Positions 1-10,941 of a DNA stretch of 64,000 nucleotides are shown here, piece after piece. Within the stretch, counting starts at the first letter, position 1, and each line of letters starts with the position of its first letter. The notes under the pieces were generated by a model that made no database searches, was not told where the DNA came from, and worked only from the letters and a program-made list of their open reading frames with translations. The position numbers were made by a program, and so were the translations under genes. Source of the DNA: an uncultured Chloroflexia bacterium. Lineage in GTDB: Bacteria > Chloroflexota > Dehalococcoidia > DSTF01 > WHTK01. The stretch covers positions 1,318,529 to 1,382,528 of the forward strand of contig CAVYAY010000002.1 in the NCBI GenBank assembly GCA_963766645.1, given 5' to 3'.

Positions 1-557
1 CGATGGACGCGCGGCTCAAGCTGCTGCCGGCTGGGAGTATCGCCGGCTCGGCGGACACGCTGCTGCAGTCGACGACGGCTGCCGCGCGTCATCGAAGGCC
101 TGCGTGACATGGCGGACCACGTCGATTTTCGACGTGGCGCCAGTGACGCACGACTTGCTGCATCTGACCCGTCTGGCTGACGTGACGCTGGTGGTATTGC
201 GGTCGGGCGGCGCAGCCGGAAGCAGCGCCGCGCGCGCGTTGCGACGCTGCGTGGGGCTAATCCGGCGGGGCTGCTGGGCATCGTCCTCAACCGCGCGCCG
301 GTGGTGATGGCGCTGCGCCGGAGGCAGGCCTGCCGGTGGTCTGAGGCAGCGAAGCGGCGCGATCCGGAGCCGGTGACGAGGCGGCCGAAAAGGCGGCCGC
401 GCCGGAAGAGCGACTCGAGATCGACGTGGACGAGCTGCTGGCGGACCTGGAGGCGTCGCTGAGAGTTGATCCGCGACATCCGGAGGTCAAGACGAGCCGG
501 AGGACGACATGTTGGACGGTGAGGAGCCGGAGAAGAAGAAGACGCAGAACTCGTGAC
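1..557 (+). CDS. P-loop ATPase / tyrosine-autokinase-like C-terminal fragment of a polysaccharide chain-length regulator (5' end outside window; frame broken)
   Basis: Pieces LKLLPAGS, FDVAPVTHDLLHLTRLADVTLVVLRSG and GLLGIVLNRAP occur in this order but in three different + frames. The order matches the C-terminal half of CpsD/BY-kinase (MinD/ParA-fold) proteins. An acidic/Lys-rich tail ends at TGA 555-557. Confidence 0.4.
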
Positions 558-799
558 GATGGACCGCTAGTCACTCTTCGAAACCAGCTGTAAGGAGACA
601 CGAAATGGCAAAGCTAGGAATTATTTCGGTGATTGCAGGATCTCTGGTCTGCTGGCCTCGACGCAGGTGGCGTCGGCGGAGAGCATCACGAAGCAGATCG
701 GCATCACGGCATCGACGCTGATCGCGCTGGGCTGGTTGGGGCTGCTCACGTTGCTGGCGATCGCGATCATCTTGCCGCTGGTCAGGCGCTAAGACGCAG

Positions 800-1341
800 C
801 TATCCGGCGACGGCCGTGAAGCGGCCGGCCGTCTGGCCGCACGTCGGGCAGCAGGCGCGCGGAAGCTGGATGGGTCGCCGACAGCGATGCCGTTGCGGCC
901 GAACCAGCCGCGGCTCGATCTCCAGGGCGAAGCTGTAGGGCTTATCGGTGTTCTTGATCTTCCTCCGAGAAGCGGATCGAGGTCCGCGAAGCCGACGATT
1001 TCGCCGCATTCGCCGATAAAGGCGACGGTGAGTGTAGCCCCGTATCCTTCATCCAGAAGCCACGTCCCGGTGGGTCGATGACAAAAAACATGCCGGTGTC
1101 CAGCGGTAGCTCGGTCCGGCCCATGAGGCCTTTGCGCGCGCTCCGCGGGCGTGTCGGCGATTTCGACCTCGAGATGCGCCGTGGTGCCGTTCGCCGCGAC
1201 GAGGGTGAGCGGGACGCGCTGAGTGGTGTCGCTGGAGCCGCAGGTTCCCAGCAGCAGGGCAATCGCGACCAGGACGGCGGCGAGAGCAAGACGGCGACGG
1301 AGCAGGTCGATGCGAGTGCCCCAGACGGCTGACATAGGCAC
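800..1341 (-). CDS. DUF192 (COG1430) family secreted protein, frame-disrupted
   Basis: N-terminal signal/TM LALAAVLVAIALLLGTCG. Then HLEVEIADTPAERA, KGLMGRTELPLDTGMFF..FWMKDT, LTVAFIGECGEIVGFADLDP and YSFALEIEP..GIAVGD are spread over three minus frames in the canonical DUF192 motif order. The 3' end is uncertain. Confidence 0.6.
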
Positions 1342-1475
1342 GCATGATTCAGGTTACGCGTCCTGCCAATCTGCAGGCGATTGCTGCACTAGATTCGGAT
1401 TGCGGAGGCGAATTGCGCGGAATTCGCAACACGAAGTGCAGCCTTTTTCAGGCTGAAGCATTACATTTCCATACC

Positions 1476-1505
1476 TTGACCGGCTTTTGGGCTGATCAGC
1501 ATACT
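1476..1505 (+). promoter_or_regulatory. sigma70-like promoter candidate for the aldolase gene
   Basis: TTGACC (1476-1481), 18-nt spacer, CATACT (1500-1505), about 60 nt upstream of the TTG start at 1564 in an AT-richer intergenic stretch. Confidence 0.3.
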
Positions 1506-1563
1506 GCGAACGTCCTACAGGTTCTTAGTCACCGTTCTCTCCGCTGGTACCAGGAGGCTCACT

Positions 1564-2251
1564 TTGACTACAGCCAACATGGCCAACTACAAGAAAGAGG
1601 TCATCGAGGCCTCGCAGCAGATCGTGCAGAGCGGCATCATGACGAAGAGCCTGCACGGCAACGTGAGCATGAAACTGCCGGACCAGGACGCGTTCCTGCT
1701 GACCGCCGGCGGTTCACTGGCCACGATGCAGCCGGAGAACATCGCGCTGTTCCGGCTGGACGGTACGTTGATCGAAGGCACTGTGATGCCGGTGGGCGCC
1801 GAGATCATCCAGATGCACGGCGTCGTCTACCGAGCAGCGCCCGGAGTTTTCGAGCGTGATCCACACGCATTCGCCGTTCGCGACGGGCTTCGCCGTGGCT
1901 GGCAAGCCGATTCCCGGCGCCTATGAGGCGCTGGTGCGAAACGGCATGGTGGACGGCGTGCCGTTGGCCAATTACGGCCCGCGTGGCTCCGACGAGTCGA
2001 TCAACAACATCTCAAAGGTGCTCAAGGCGCACTCCGGGATCAAAGGACTGCTGCTGGAGAACCACGGCGTACTTGTCTTTGCCGACTCGCTGGGTGGCGC
2101 CGTGCGAGCGAACATCACGGTTGAGGAGGCAGCTGAGATCTGCCTATACGCCTATGGCCTGGGCGGCCCGAAGGCGATGCCATCCAACATGGTGGAGGCA
2201 ACAAACGCCCGCGCCGCATCGTTCGCAGCTGCCGGGACATTTCTCAAGTGA
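1564..2251 (+). CDS. class II aldolase/adducin-domain protein (L-fuculose-phosphate-aldolase-like), one frameshift near 1845
   Basis: ORFs 1564-1926 and 1856-2251 join into one protein: ..IIQMHGVVYR / PEFSSVIHTHSPFATGFAV..LLENHGVLVFADSLGGAV..EEAAEI. These are the typical His-rich metal site and fold motifs of this family. AGGAGG lies 7 nt upstream of the TTG start. Confidence 0.75.
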
Positions 2252-2295
2252 GGGTCCAAAGAGCTGATCTGCGAGGCGGCACCTGGACAACGACG

Positions 2296-2336
2296 GACGG
2301 CGGGGCAAGGAAGTAGAACCGCCGTCTCTATTTGTA
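2296..2336 (+). terminator. intrinsic terminator candidate after the aldolase gene
   Basis: GACGGCGG (2296-2303) pairs with CCGCCGTC (2319-2326), followed by TCTATTTGT. Confidence 0.4.
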
Positions 2337-2442
2337 AGGCCGAAGGATAGCAAGTAGGAGTTCGCCGGATTAAGCATCTCCGGCAGGGTGTCGAAACAGA
2401 TAGGGACGGCACGGGAGCGACGGCAAGGAGGCAGTAACGCGC

Positions 2443-3263
2443 ATGCATAAGCTTCTCAGCCTGCGAATCTTGCTCGGTGGCGCATTCGCGATAATCACGC
2501 TGATGCTGGTGGCCCAGAGCGGCGTCACCACGGTGGAAGCCCTTTCAAATTGCAGCGTGACCAACGACACGTTCGACAGTGAGGAGCAGGCGTTCCTCAA
2601 CGTCATCAACCAGTACCGGGTTACGAACGGCCTGACGCCGCTGACGGTGTCGGTCAACCTCAACCGCGCGGCGGCGTGGATGGCGGAGGACCTGGCTACC
2701 AAGAACTACTTTTCGCACACCGACTCGTCCGGCAGGGACAGCCAGACGCGCATAGCCGACTGCGGCGGCACGTCAGCCGCCGGTGAAAACCTGGCAGCGG
2801 GAACGAGGATCGACACGGCGCAGGCCGCCTTCAACCTCTGGCGTTCCTCGTACGGCCACAACCAGAACATGCTTTACGCGACCTACACGCAGATCGGCAT
2901 CGCACGGGTCTACAACCCGAACTCGCGCTACAAGTGGTACTGGGCCACGACGTTCGGCGTGCCGGACGACGGTACACGCATCGTCGCCAGCGTTAGCATG
3001 CTGAGCCCAACGCCGAGCACCAAGCTGGCGAGCACGACGGCGACGTTTACGTGGGGCGCGTCTGCCGGCGTCAGTGAATACAGGCTTGACATTGGTACCA
3101 CGCCGGGCGGGACGGACGTTTACTCCGGCTCCAGGGTTTGGGACAGAGCGTGACGGTGGGAAACCTGCCCTGGCAGTAAGCCGCAGCGTCTACGTCCGGC
3201 TATGGACTCGCGTGCGGGACGTGTGGCAGTTCACACGATTACGTCTACATGGGCGCGGATTAG
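2443..3263 (+). CDS. secreted CAP/SCP (PR-1-like, COG2340) domain protein with C-terminal extension; frameshifted after ~3140
   Basis: Signal-like N-terminus. CAP motifs are FLNVINQYRVTNGLTPL, AAAWMAEDLATKNYFSHTD, GENLAAG and WRSSYGHNQNML. The C-terminal part continues in other frames (..YVRLWTRVRDVWQF.., ..DYVYMGAD*) to TAG 3261-3263. Confidence 0.75.
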
Positions 3264-4160
3264 TGGCAGATGGCCCGATCGCAGGTTTGAAACGAGGCAG
3301 GCCGGTCATGTGACCGGCTTGCTTTGTTTCGAGATGCGGGTGCGTTAGTCGGTGGCGGGGAGCGGGCGGCCGAGGCGAGCTTGAAGGGGTAGAGCATCTG
3401 GCCGACGAAGCCGCGTGGCGGCACTTCGCCACTGATGATGCCGAATCCTGCGGCCTTCGTTCCGCGGGGCAGGTAGTGGGTGCCGAAGAGCCTGTCGTAG
3501 AACGGGAACAGGCCGGAGAAGTTCTTATTCAGCGCCTGCGCCTCTGCGGCGTGGTGCCAGCGGTGGTAGGCGGGGCTGGCGATAACGTTGCGCAGCGGCC
3601 CAAAGCTCCAGTCGACGTTGGCGTGCAGCATGATGGCGTAGAGGGTGAGGAAGGGCAGGTATGCAGCGAGCGCGGCGGGCGCGAAGCCGAGCAGCAAGCA
3701 GTGGCGTGGCGACGACGGCGCTGCCGATGGCGTCGTTCAGGGGGTGGACGCGGACGGAGGAGAGCCAATCGAGCTGCGTGGAGGAGTGGTGCACGGCGTG
3801 GATGCGCCAGAGGCGGGAGAAGGTGTGGAAGGCGCGGTGGTTCCAGTAGGCCAGCAGGTCAGCGAGGACGAGGAAGGCGGCGAACTGGAGCAAGAAGGGC
3901 TGGTGGCTGATGAAGGTGTCGCGCTCAGGCTGCTTTCGCGCAACTCGGCGAGTGGGAGGGGACGTGCCAAGGATGCGGCGGCGAGGCAGCAGGAGTGAGC
4001 CGCCGACCACGACGCCGGTGAAGACCTTGCCGAGCGTGGGCGTGAAGAGCCACCAGGCGACATCGACGAAGATAGCCGCCCGTCTCAAGAAGGGTTGTCC
4101 CTTCATCTGCGGCCAGCGTCGCTGGATGATGCCAAAGGCCAGGCGAGGACGGCGAGACAC
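3260..4160 (-). CDS. fatty acid hydroxylase / sterol desaturase family membrane enzyme, frameshift near 3690
   Basis: The three His boxes of the family are HRAFH, HAVHH (ORF 3525-4160) and HRWHH (ORF 3260-3697). Hydrophobic segments lie between them. The two ORFs abut in different frames. The 3' tail is probably extended artificially. Confidence 0.75.
3299..3331. terminator. palindromic hairpin between convergent genes (possible bidirectional terminator)
   Basis: GCCGGTCA-TG-TGACCGGC (3301-3318) followed by TTGCTTTGTTTC on the plus strand. It sits between the CAP gene and the desaturase-like gene. If functional, the true stop of the minus-strand gene lies upstream of it. Confidence 0.45.
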
Positions 4161-4236
4161 GATCAGAAGTGCGAGCTAACGTTCCATAGCGACTGATCGT
4201 ATGCCGCATGCGCTCCAGCAGGGTATCAGGAGAACG

Positions 4237-5153
4237 TTAACTGATCGTTTCGGTCGTGGGAGTCAGGCGGCTTTTCCATGATTCGAGTCCGATCTGGCCC
4301 TGATACTCCTGCAGTAAGCGCATGAGGAGACGTGAAAGACAGAGCGAGGGCCGGAACGCGAGGGTGCGTCTTCGAGGGGCGCGGACCTCCATGACCTCCA
4401 TCGCCTCTTCGACCAGGCGGGTCACTTCCTGCGGGCTGGAACCACGGGCGAGCAAGGCTATGACGAGCGCGTCCTCCTCCCGGCGCGGGACCATGGGGAA
4501 GCTCGGCATGAGATTCTTCCAGGTATCGCTCCATGGCGCCGCGGCTGCGGTCGAGATCGGGGTCGTCGAGGTTGAGCTCGTAGGTGCCGGAGTGCGACGT
4601 CGACTCGGAGTCTCGCAGCCAGTGCAGCTTCTGCTGCGATTGGCGCAAGGAGCATCGTCGCCTCGGTGGTGGCGCCGATGGCCTGCCGATCCAGGTCCTG
4701 GTCGGTGCGGACGGCGGAGTGGACGGCGCGAATCAAGCCGGAGGTCAGGAAGTCGTCCTTGGCGACGTACTCCCAGGCGCCTGCCTTGATGGCCGCGGCG
4801 GCAATATGCTCGTTGCCAGCGCCGGTGACCAGGATGACATGGATCAGCGGCCAGCGGTCGTGAATCGTCTCGACGAGTTCGAGCCCGCTCATACGCGGCA
4901 GCCCCTGGTCCGCCAGGACGACGTCGAAAGACTCACGGTTGAGGCGTTTCAGGGCCTCCTCGCCGGTCTCGGTCGTGGTGATCCGTTTGGCGCCGAACTT
5001 CTCCATGGCGCGGGCGATCAAGGTCTTGTCCAGGGGATCGTCTTCGACGATAAGGACGCGCATGGAGCGCGGTGAGAAGGGTTTGAGGTCTGGCTTGGCT
5101 TCGTCGGTCCTGGTAAACAGCGTCTTGATCATTGAGACTGCCTCCACTTTCAT
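4237..5153 (-). CDS. CheY-like response regulator with uncharacterised C-terminal extension, frame-disrupted downstream of the receiver
   Basis: Receiver motifs MRVLIVEDDP, DVVLADQGLPRMSG and ILVTGAG..AIKAGAWEYVAK are in ORF 4458-5153. Coding-like continuation runs in ORFs 4226-4648 and 4237-4509. Confidence 0.7.
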
Positions 5154-5250
5154 GAGTGAACCGCCCGGGCGCCGGCATAGGGCCGGGGCGGCGAGCTGGT
5201 TTCACTATCTTGTCCTCGTATTTCGGCAGGAAGTCTCATGTCGTTAGTGT

Positions 5251-7251
5251 TTGCGCCGATTTCCAAGAACAGTGTTCAGTACTTTTCGCAGTCGCCTGCT
5301 CCTTCTGTTCGCCGCCGCGATGTGCCTTCCTTTGCCCTCATCGTTTTCATTGCAGTGCAGCAGCAGCAACAAGAGCGCCGCGGAGCCGGTGATGACGCCC
5401 TGCGTTATTCCGAGACCGTTGGTTCCGAAGTGGAACGTTCCATCGGCTCGATCGAGGATCTGCTGGGCTCGCTGTCGCTAAACCCCGCGCTTCAGAACCG
5501 GGACGTCGATGCCTGTAACCAGCTGATGGCGAGCATTCCGACCAGCTTTCCGGCGTATCAAGATGCCTACTTCTTCGTCGCGGATCCAGGTGGCGATATC
5601 TTCTGTTCCAGCGTACCGCTCGACCCGAACGTACCCGCTGTGAACATCGCCGACCGAGGCTACTTCCAGCAGGTTGTCTCCACCCAAGCGTTCGCGGTCG
5701 GCGAATACCAGGTCGGGCGCATTACGGGCATCGCGAATATCGCCCACGCCACTCCAGTCTATTTGGAAGGGGAGATGGTGGCGGTGGTCCTCGCAACGGT
5801 GCCTATTGCGGTACTGAGCCAACGCGTCGCCGACGTGCCGCTGCCTGAAGGCGCTATCTACAGATTGCTCGACCGCGGTGGCACCGTACTTGCCTCCAAC
5901 GCGGATTCTGATTCGTGGACCGGGCAGCGATGTGGCACGCTCCGGGTTGGTATTGGCTCTGGGCGGGCGATTCCGGCACCGCCGAACTGAAGGGTCTGGA
6001 CGGCGAATCGCGGCTTTACGGCTTCACACCTGTCGGCGATCCCAGGTTACGGGCCTGACCGACGTGGTAGGCGTACCAACCTCGGTCGCCTTTGGCGCGA
6101 TTAACCGCGATATGGTCCGTAATCTGGCGCTGCTTGGCGTTGTTGCGGGCGTTGCCCTGATTGCCGTCTGGATGGGCTCAGGCTTCCTGACCAGACAAAC
6201 GCGCCACCTCATTGAGGACGTGCAAGGCTACGCCCGTGGCGAGACCCGCCAGCACGTTCCCAAAGGGCGCGGGGCCGTGAGCGAAATTACGGAGCTGTAT
6301 AACGCTTTCGATGCTATGGCCTCCGTCATCGACCTCAGAGAGGTGGAGCGCGGCGAGGCGGTGGAGGAACTGGAGGAAGCGAACGCTCACCTGGAGCGCC
6401 GCGTCGCCGGCCGCACCCGGGAGCTCAGCACACGCAATATGAGGCTGGAGCACGAGGTCGAGCAGCGAAAGTTGGCCGAAACTGAACTCGAGCGCTACGC
6501 CGTTGAGCTTTCGCGTACCAACGAGGACCTCGAGGCGTTTACCTACGCCGTGAGCCATGACCTCAAAGCCCCCTTGCGGGGGATCTCAGGCTTCGCGTCG
6601 ATGGTAATGGAAGACAATGCGGACACCCTAGACGAGACGGCGTGCGAGAACCTGACCATCGTCATGGAGAGCGCCGGGCAGATGCGGCGGCTGATCGACG
6701 ACCTCTTGAATCTATCTCGCATCGCCCGTAACGAGAACGGCTACGTTGACATGTCGATGTTGGAAGCAGTGCGCGAGGTGGAGTCGGAGATAGCATATGC
6801 ACTGAAGGAGAAAGGCATCGTTCTCAAGGTTGCAGACGATCTGCCGACGATTCACTCCGGCCCAATTCGCGTTAAACAAGTCCTGCGCAACCTGCTAGGC
6901 AATGCGTTGAAATACGACGACAACCCGAACCCGAAGATCGAGGTCGGTTGGCAGCAGGACGACGCGGCGAGCTATACGTTCTTCGTGCGCGACAACGGCA
7001 AGGGCATCGACAAGCGCTTCCAAGATCGCATCTTCGGAATCTTCCAACGGCTGGACCCCAAGCTGGAATCCGAGGGCACGGGCATCGGCCTCACCATCTG
7101 TAAGAAGGCGATCGAGTCGCTCGACGGCAGAATCTGGGTCGAGTCTGAGCTCGGCGCGGGTAGCACCTTTTACTTCAGCCTGCCGATAACTAACACTGAG
7201 GCAACTGATCAACCAGCCCCGGATCCTGCTCGTGGAAGACAATCCGCTTGA
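5251..7251 (+). CDS. sensor histidine kinase (TM - Cache-like - TM - HAMP - coiled coil - HisKA - HATPase_c), frame-disrupted in the sensor part
   Basis: H-box FTYAVSHDLKAPLR, N-box LLGNALKY, G-boxes DNGKGI and GTGIGL. The periplasmic Cache-like region is in ORF 5238-5990. The TM N-terminus (FRSRLLLLFAAAM) is in ORF 5251-5481. At least 3 frame changes lie between 5350 and 6060. Confidence 0.8.
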
Positions 7252-7666
7252 CGTAGCGCTGACTCGACGCGTCTTCGCAAGACAGGCCAGCGATATTTCA
7301 ATCAGGCACGCGAGCGACGGCCTGGAGGCCGTCGAGTTCCTGCGCAGTGACAGCGAGCCTTTACCCAGCCTGGTCCTCCTGGACCTCAACCTACCCAAGA
7401 TGAACGGCGTCGAAGTGTTGAACGCAATGCGTTCCGACGCGGCCCTGCGGTGTATTCCCGTTATCATGCTGACGACGTCGACGCGGGAAGAAGACATCCG
7501 GCGCTGCTATGAAGCGGGCGCGAACGCCTACATCGTCAAGCCGGTCGACCTGGCCGAGTTTCAGAGAGTGATCGACACCTTGCGCCTCTTCTGGACGGAG
7601 ATGGTGACCTTGCCAGAGCCACAATCGCAGCCACGGCAGATCGATTCGAAGCGCGAAGCCGCCTAG
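7232..7666 (+). CDS. single-domain CheY-like response regulator (Rcp1-like)
   Basis: SLVLLDLNLPKMNG, IPVIMLTTS and AGANAYIVKP. The conserved beta-1 strand (RILLVEDNP) starts upstream of the first canonical start (GTG 7232) in the same open frame (open from 7190). The real start may therefore be non-canonical or upstream, overlapping the kinase 3' end. Confidence 0.85.
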   Translation: MEDNPLDVALTRRVFARQASDISIRHASDGLEAVEFLRSDSEPLPSLVLLDLNLPKMNGVEVLNAMRSDAALRCIPVIMLTTSTREEDIRRCYEAGANAYIVKPVDLAEFQRVIDTLRLFWTEMVTLPEPQSQPRQIDSKREAA

Positions 7667-7951
7667 TCCAGAACTTCCGTCTCTTCCTCAACGATCTCAA
7701 CGTCCAGCCGCAGCGCCTGCAGGTAGACCGACGGCGTTTGCGACGACTTCTGACGCGTGGGCGCCGGTGTTGGACACTGCGGCGATTTCGATGCCGGCGA
7801 GCTGCCAGGCGTCGTTGTGGTCGACTTCGGCGATTGAGACGTTGAAGCGGTTGTGGAGACGCTGCTGAATCGACTTGATGACGGCGCGTTTCCCCTTCAG
7901 GGAGCCGTTCTCAGGCAGACGCAGCGTGAGGTGGCAGAGGGCTACGGGCAC
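7663..7951 (-). CDS. DUF503 (YlxP-like) protein, frameshift near 7740
   Basis: ALCHLTLRLPENGSLKGKRAVIKSIQQRLHNRFNVSIAEVDHNDAWQLAGIEIAAVS is the DUF503 signature. The C-terminus ..LQALRLDVEIVEEETEVLD* is in another frame. Its stop overlaps the stop of the convergent receiver gene. Confidence 0.65.
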
Positions 7952-8015
7952 GGGGAGCCTATTCTCAACCCCGTGTCGCGAGGGCCCAGCGCAGAGACAT
8001 AGGCCATACGGCAGG

Positions 8016-8703
8016 TTAGCCGGCGGGAGCCGGCTCTTCGTCCTCGACCGGGTCTTCGCCATCTTCGGGCTCAGCATGTTCCGCTTCGGTCTCTTCTTCC
8101 TCGCCGTCAACGGCTTCGTCCTCCTCCGCAACCGGGGCGGCTTCGACGAGACCTTCGGCGAGGTCGAGGATGGAGCCGTTGGCCGGGAGGGGCGGGAGGT
8201 CGCCGGGCTTGCTGAGGCCGAAGTGCTCGAGGAAGCGCAGGGTGGTGCCGAGCAGGGCGGGACGGCCGGGGCCGGGCGCGCGGCCGACCTCTTCGACGAG
8301 GCCGCGGGCGATCAGCGAGGCGATGGCGCCGTCGGAGTTGACGCCGCGGACCTGCTCGACGCCGGCGCGGGTCATAGGTTGCTTGTAGGCGATGATGGCG
8401 AGCGACTCCAGGGCGGCGCCGGAGAGGCGCTGACGGCTTTCGAGGCCGAGGAAGCGCTCGACAAAGGGACCGACGTCCGGGGCCGTGACGAGCTGGACGG
8501 CGTCGCGGGTGCGCTGCAGGCGGGTGCCGCCCTCGGCGCAGCGGACTTCGAGCTCCGCAAGCGCTTCTTCGATGGCGTCGGCCGGGCGGCGCAGGGCTCG
8601 GGCGAGCATCGAGATTTCGACAGCGCTCATCGGCGACGAAGAGGATGCTTTCGATGGCGGCCGGCAGGCGGTCCTTGCTGAGTGATGGCAGGCGCTTGTT
8701 CAT
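8016..8703 (-). CDS. scpB: segregation and condensation protein B, frameshift near 8635
   Basis: N-terminus MNKRLPSLSKDRLPAAIESILFVADE (ORF 8107-8703) continues as ..LSGAALESLAIIAYKQPMTRAGVEQVRGVNSDGAIASLIARGLVEE..GRPALLGTT..FLEHFGL (ORF 8016-8630). This is the canonical ScpB pattern, with an acidic tail. Confidence 0.85.
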
Positions 8704-9381
8704 GCCTTGACGGCGGTCTCCTCCTCGTTCTCGGCGGGCGCTTCGAGCGCTTCCGGCTCGTCCTCGACGGCGGGCTCAGGCTCGGCAGCCACGGATTCGG
8801 CGACGGTTGGGCGCCGCGGTGGACGGCCGTGCAGGCGCAGCTCGCGGTAGTGTATGCGGGTGCTGCGGTGGCTCCGCCAGCGCGACGTGGACCTTGTTCG
8901 GTCAGGATGTCGCGTGCAGCCTCGCTGGCCTCGTCGATGACGGAGGCGAGGTTGGCCTCCGGGGTCGACGTGGAGGTCGAGGTGCGACGAGGACGCCCTT
9001 GCGCTTCGCCCTGACCGTGGCGCGCACGTCGGCGACGTCGGGCACCAGGTTCACGGCTTCTTCGACGCGCTGGCCGATGGCGGCGGTGGAGAGGACGGCG
9101 TCGCCGACCTGGAGGTCGGTGACCTTGACCTGACCGCTGGAGCGCGGGATAGAGCTCGATGACGAGGACGGTAAGCGACATCGAGGGCGATGACAACAGC
9201 CGCGGTCGTGATGATGAACTTTGTGCCGTCGGTGTTGCGCTCGTCGAGCCAGTGAGACGGCGTCGCGCAGCCAGTTGATCGACTCGTCGGGGCCGCCCCA
9301 GGCGAGCGCGGTGATGGCGGCGGCGGCGAACATGAGGACGAGGCAGAGCAGGATCAGGACGACGCGGTTGAATGTGTTCAC
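8700..9381 (-). CDS. AmaP/Asp23-related alkaline-shock-family membrane-anchor-like protein, frame-disrupted
   Basis: The GTG start overlaps the upstream stop (GTGA). The N-terminus NTFNRVVLILLCLVLMFAAAAITALAW is AmaP-like. It is followed by VKVTDLQVGDAVLSTAAIGQRVEEAVNLVPDVADVRATV (Asp23-like) and an acidic tail ending ..ENEEETAVKA* that overlaps the scpB ATG (ATGA). Confidence 0.5.
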
Positions 9382-10684
9382 GGCGTCACCTCCTCGGGGA
9401 TTTGGGCCCACAACAAGCCGTCGCGCTCTTCGAGCAATCGGGCGGGAGTGAGCCGGTTGGTGAGGTCCGCGCTCGGATTCGGCGCGGACGCGGATGTAGG
9501 TGTCGGTCAGGCCTTCCCAGGCCCCGTCGCGGCGCGACTCCCAGAGCACGGTGGCCGTCGTGGCCGAGGAATCGAGCGCGGTAGGCCGCCGACATGCGGT
9601 CGGCAGAGTTCGATCAGGCGATGCACGCGCTGCTTCTTGACGGCGTCCGGCACCTGGTCCGGCAGCTTGAACGCGACGGTGCCGCTGCGCTGCGAGTAGG
9701 GGAAGACGTGGATGCCGGCGAACTGCATCTCCTGGCAGAAGGCGTAGCTCTCTTCGAACTCGGCCTCGGTCTCGCCGGGGAAGCCGACGATGACGTCCGT
9801 GGTGATGGCGACGTCCGGGCTGGCGGCGCGCAGGCGGCGAACGGCGTCGCGGTACTCGTCCCGCGTGTAGCGGCGGCGCATGCGCTGGAGGACGGCTGCG
9901 CTGCCGCTCTGCAGCGCGAGGTGGAAGTGGCGGCAGAGGCGCGGGTCTGCCCAGAGGCCGATGACCTCGTCCGAGAGGTCCTGCGGCTGCAGCGACGACA
10001 TGCGGATGCGCGGCATGGCGGTCTCTTCGAGCAGCGCCTTGAGCACGGGATAAGGCGTGCGGTGGCCCCAGTCGCGGCCGTAGGCGCCGAGCTGCGTGCC
10101 GGTGATGACGATCTCCTGGACGCCCTCGGCCTCGCGCTCCAGCGCTTCTGCGACGACGGCTTCGACGGGCTTGCGAGCGCTCGCGGCCGCGGGTTCTGGG
10201 GATGATGCAGAAGGCGCAGAGGTCGTTGCAGCCCTCCTGGGCGCTGATGAAGGCGCGGGTCTTGAGGGTGGCGGCGCGTGTCGTCGGCGGGAGCTCGACG
10301 GCTGCGTCGTGCGACGGGGTGCAGGTCGATGAGGCGGTCGGCGAGGGCGAGCTGGTCGGGCTGCCTGTAGACGAGGTCGGCGGCGAGGGCGTCGATCTTG
10401 TCGAAGGGCGCGGTCTCGAGCAGGCAGCCGGTCAGGGCGACGGTGGCGTCGGGCGCGAGGCGGCGCGCGAGCCGCACGAGGTGGCGCGACTTCTGGTCGG
10501 CGACGTGGGTGACGCAGCAGGTGTTGACGATGACGGCGTCGGCGTCGGCCTCGGGCGTGAGGCGGTCGACGACGTTCCAGCCGGCGTCGCGCAGGCGGCG
10601 CGCCATCGCCTCGGAGTCGGCGATGTTGAGCTTGCAGCCGAGGGTGAGGATGGCGGCGGTGGCGGGGGGGGTCCGGTCTGACAT
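9378..10684 (-). CDS. MiaB/MtaB-family radical-SAM tRNA methylthiotransferase, several frameshifts
   Basis: UPF0004 N-domain AAILTLGCKLNIADSE..AVIVNTCCVTH. The radical-SAM cluster motif EGCNDLCAFCIIP is readable in the third frame near 10200-10240. The core ..ITGTQLGAYG..RMSSLQP..HFHLALQSGS..LQRMRRRY..DVIVGFPGETE..FPYSQRSGT follows. The TRAM-like end is ..GLTDTYIRVRAE... Confidence 0.85.
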
Positions 10685-10817
10685 AAGCGAAGCCTTGTCG
10701 CAATCATACGGGCTGGTATCGGAGTGTCAAACTCGCGCGAATGTGAGACTGGGGAATCGAAATGGAGTTGCGATGGAGGTTGGGCGGTTGTTTCTGGCCG
10801 CGAAAGCCGGGTAAGCT

Positions 10818-10925
10818 GGACAGACCGAAGGGGAGTAACCCAAGACAGCGTCATCGTCAGGACGTCCCAATTACAACGGGGCCGGTGACGCGGCCCACGG
10901 CGGCGGGACAGACCTTCGGCTGATA
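10818..10925 (+). promoter_or_regulatory. yybP-ykoY (Mn2+) riboswitch candidate
   Basis: 5' GACCGAAGGGGAGUAACC and 3' GGGACAGACCUUCGGCUG form a closing helix CCGAAGG/CCUUCGG. The GGGGAGUA and GACAGACC blocks sit where I recall them in this class. It lies directly upstream of a TerC-family gene, the commonest regulated gene type. A hairpin CUGAUAGCUUUAUCAG and then GGAGG-GTG follow. Confidence 0.65.
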
Positions 10926-10941
10926 GCTTTATCAGCTGGAG

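Noticed and set aside
571-800. C-terminal third of ORF 571-1341 and the antisense ORF 287-601.
   Set aside because: No DUF192 or other motif continues there. The composition is Arg/Gln/Asp/Pro-rich, and the region probably includes the intergenic spacer after the frame-broken genes.
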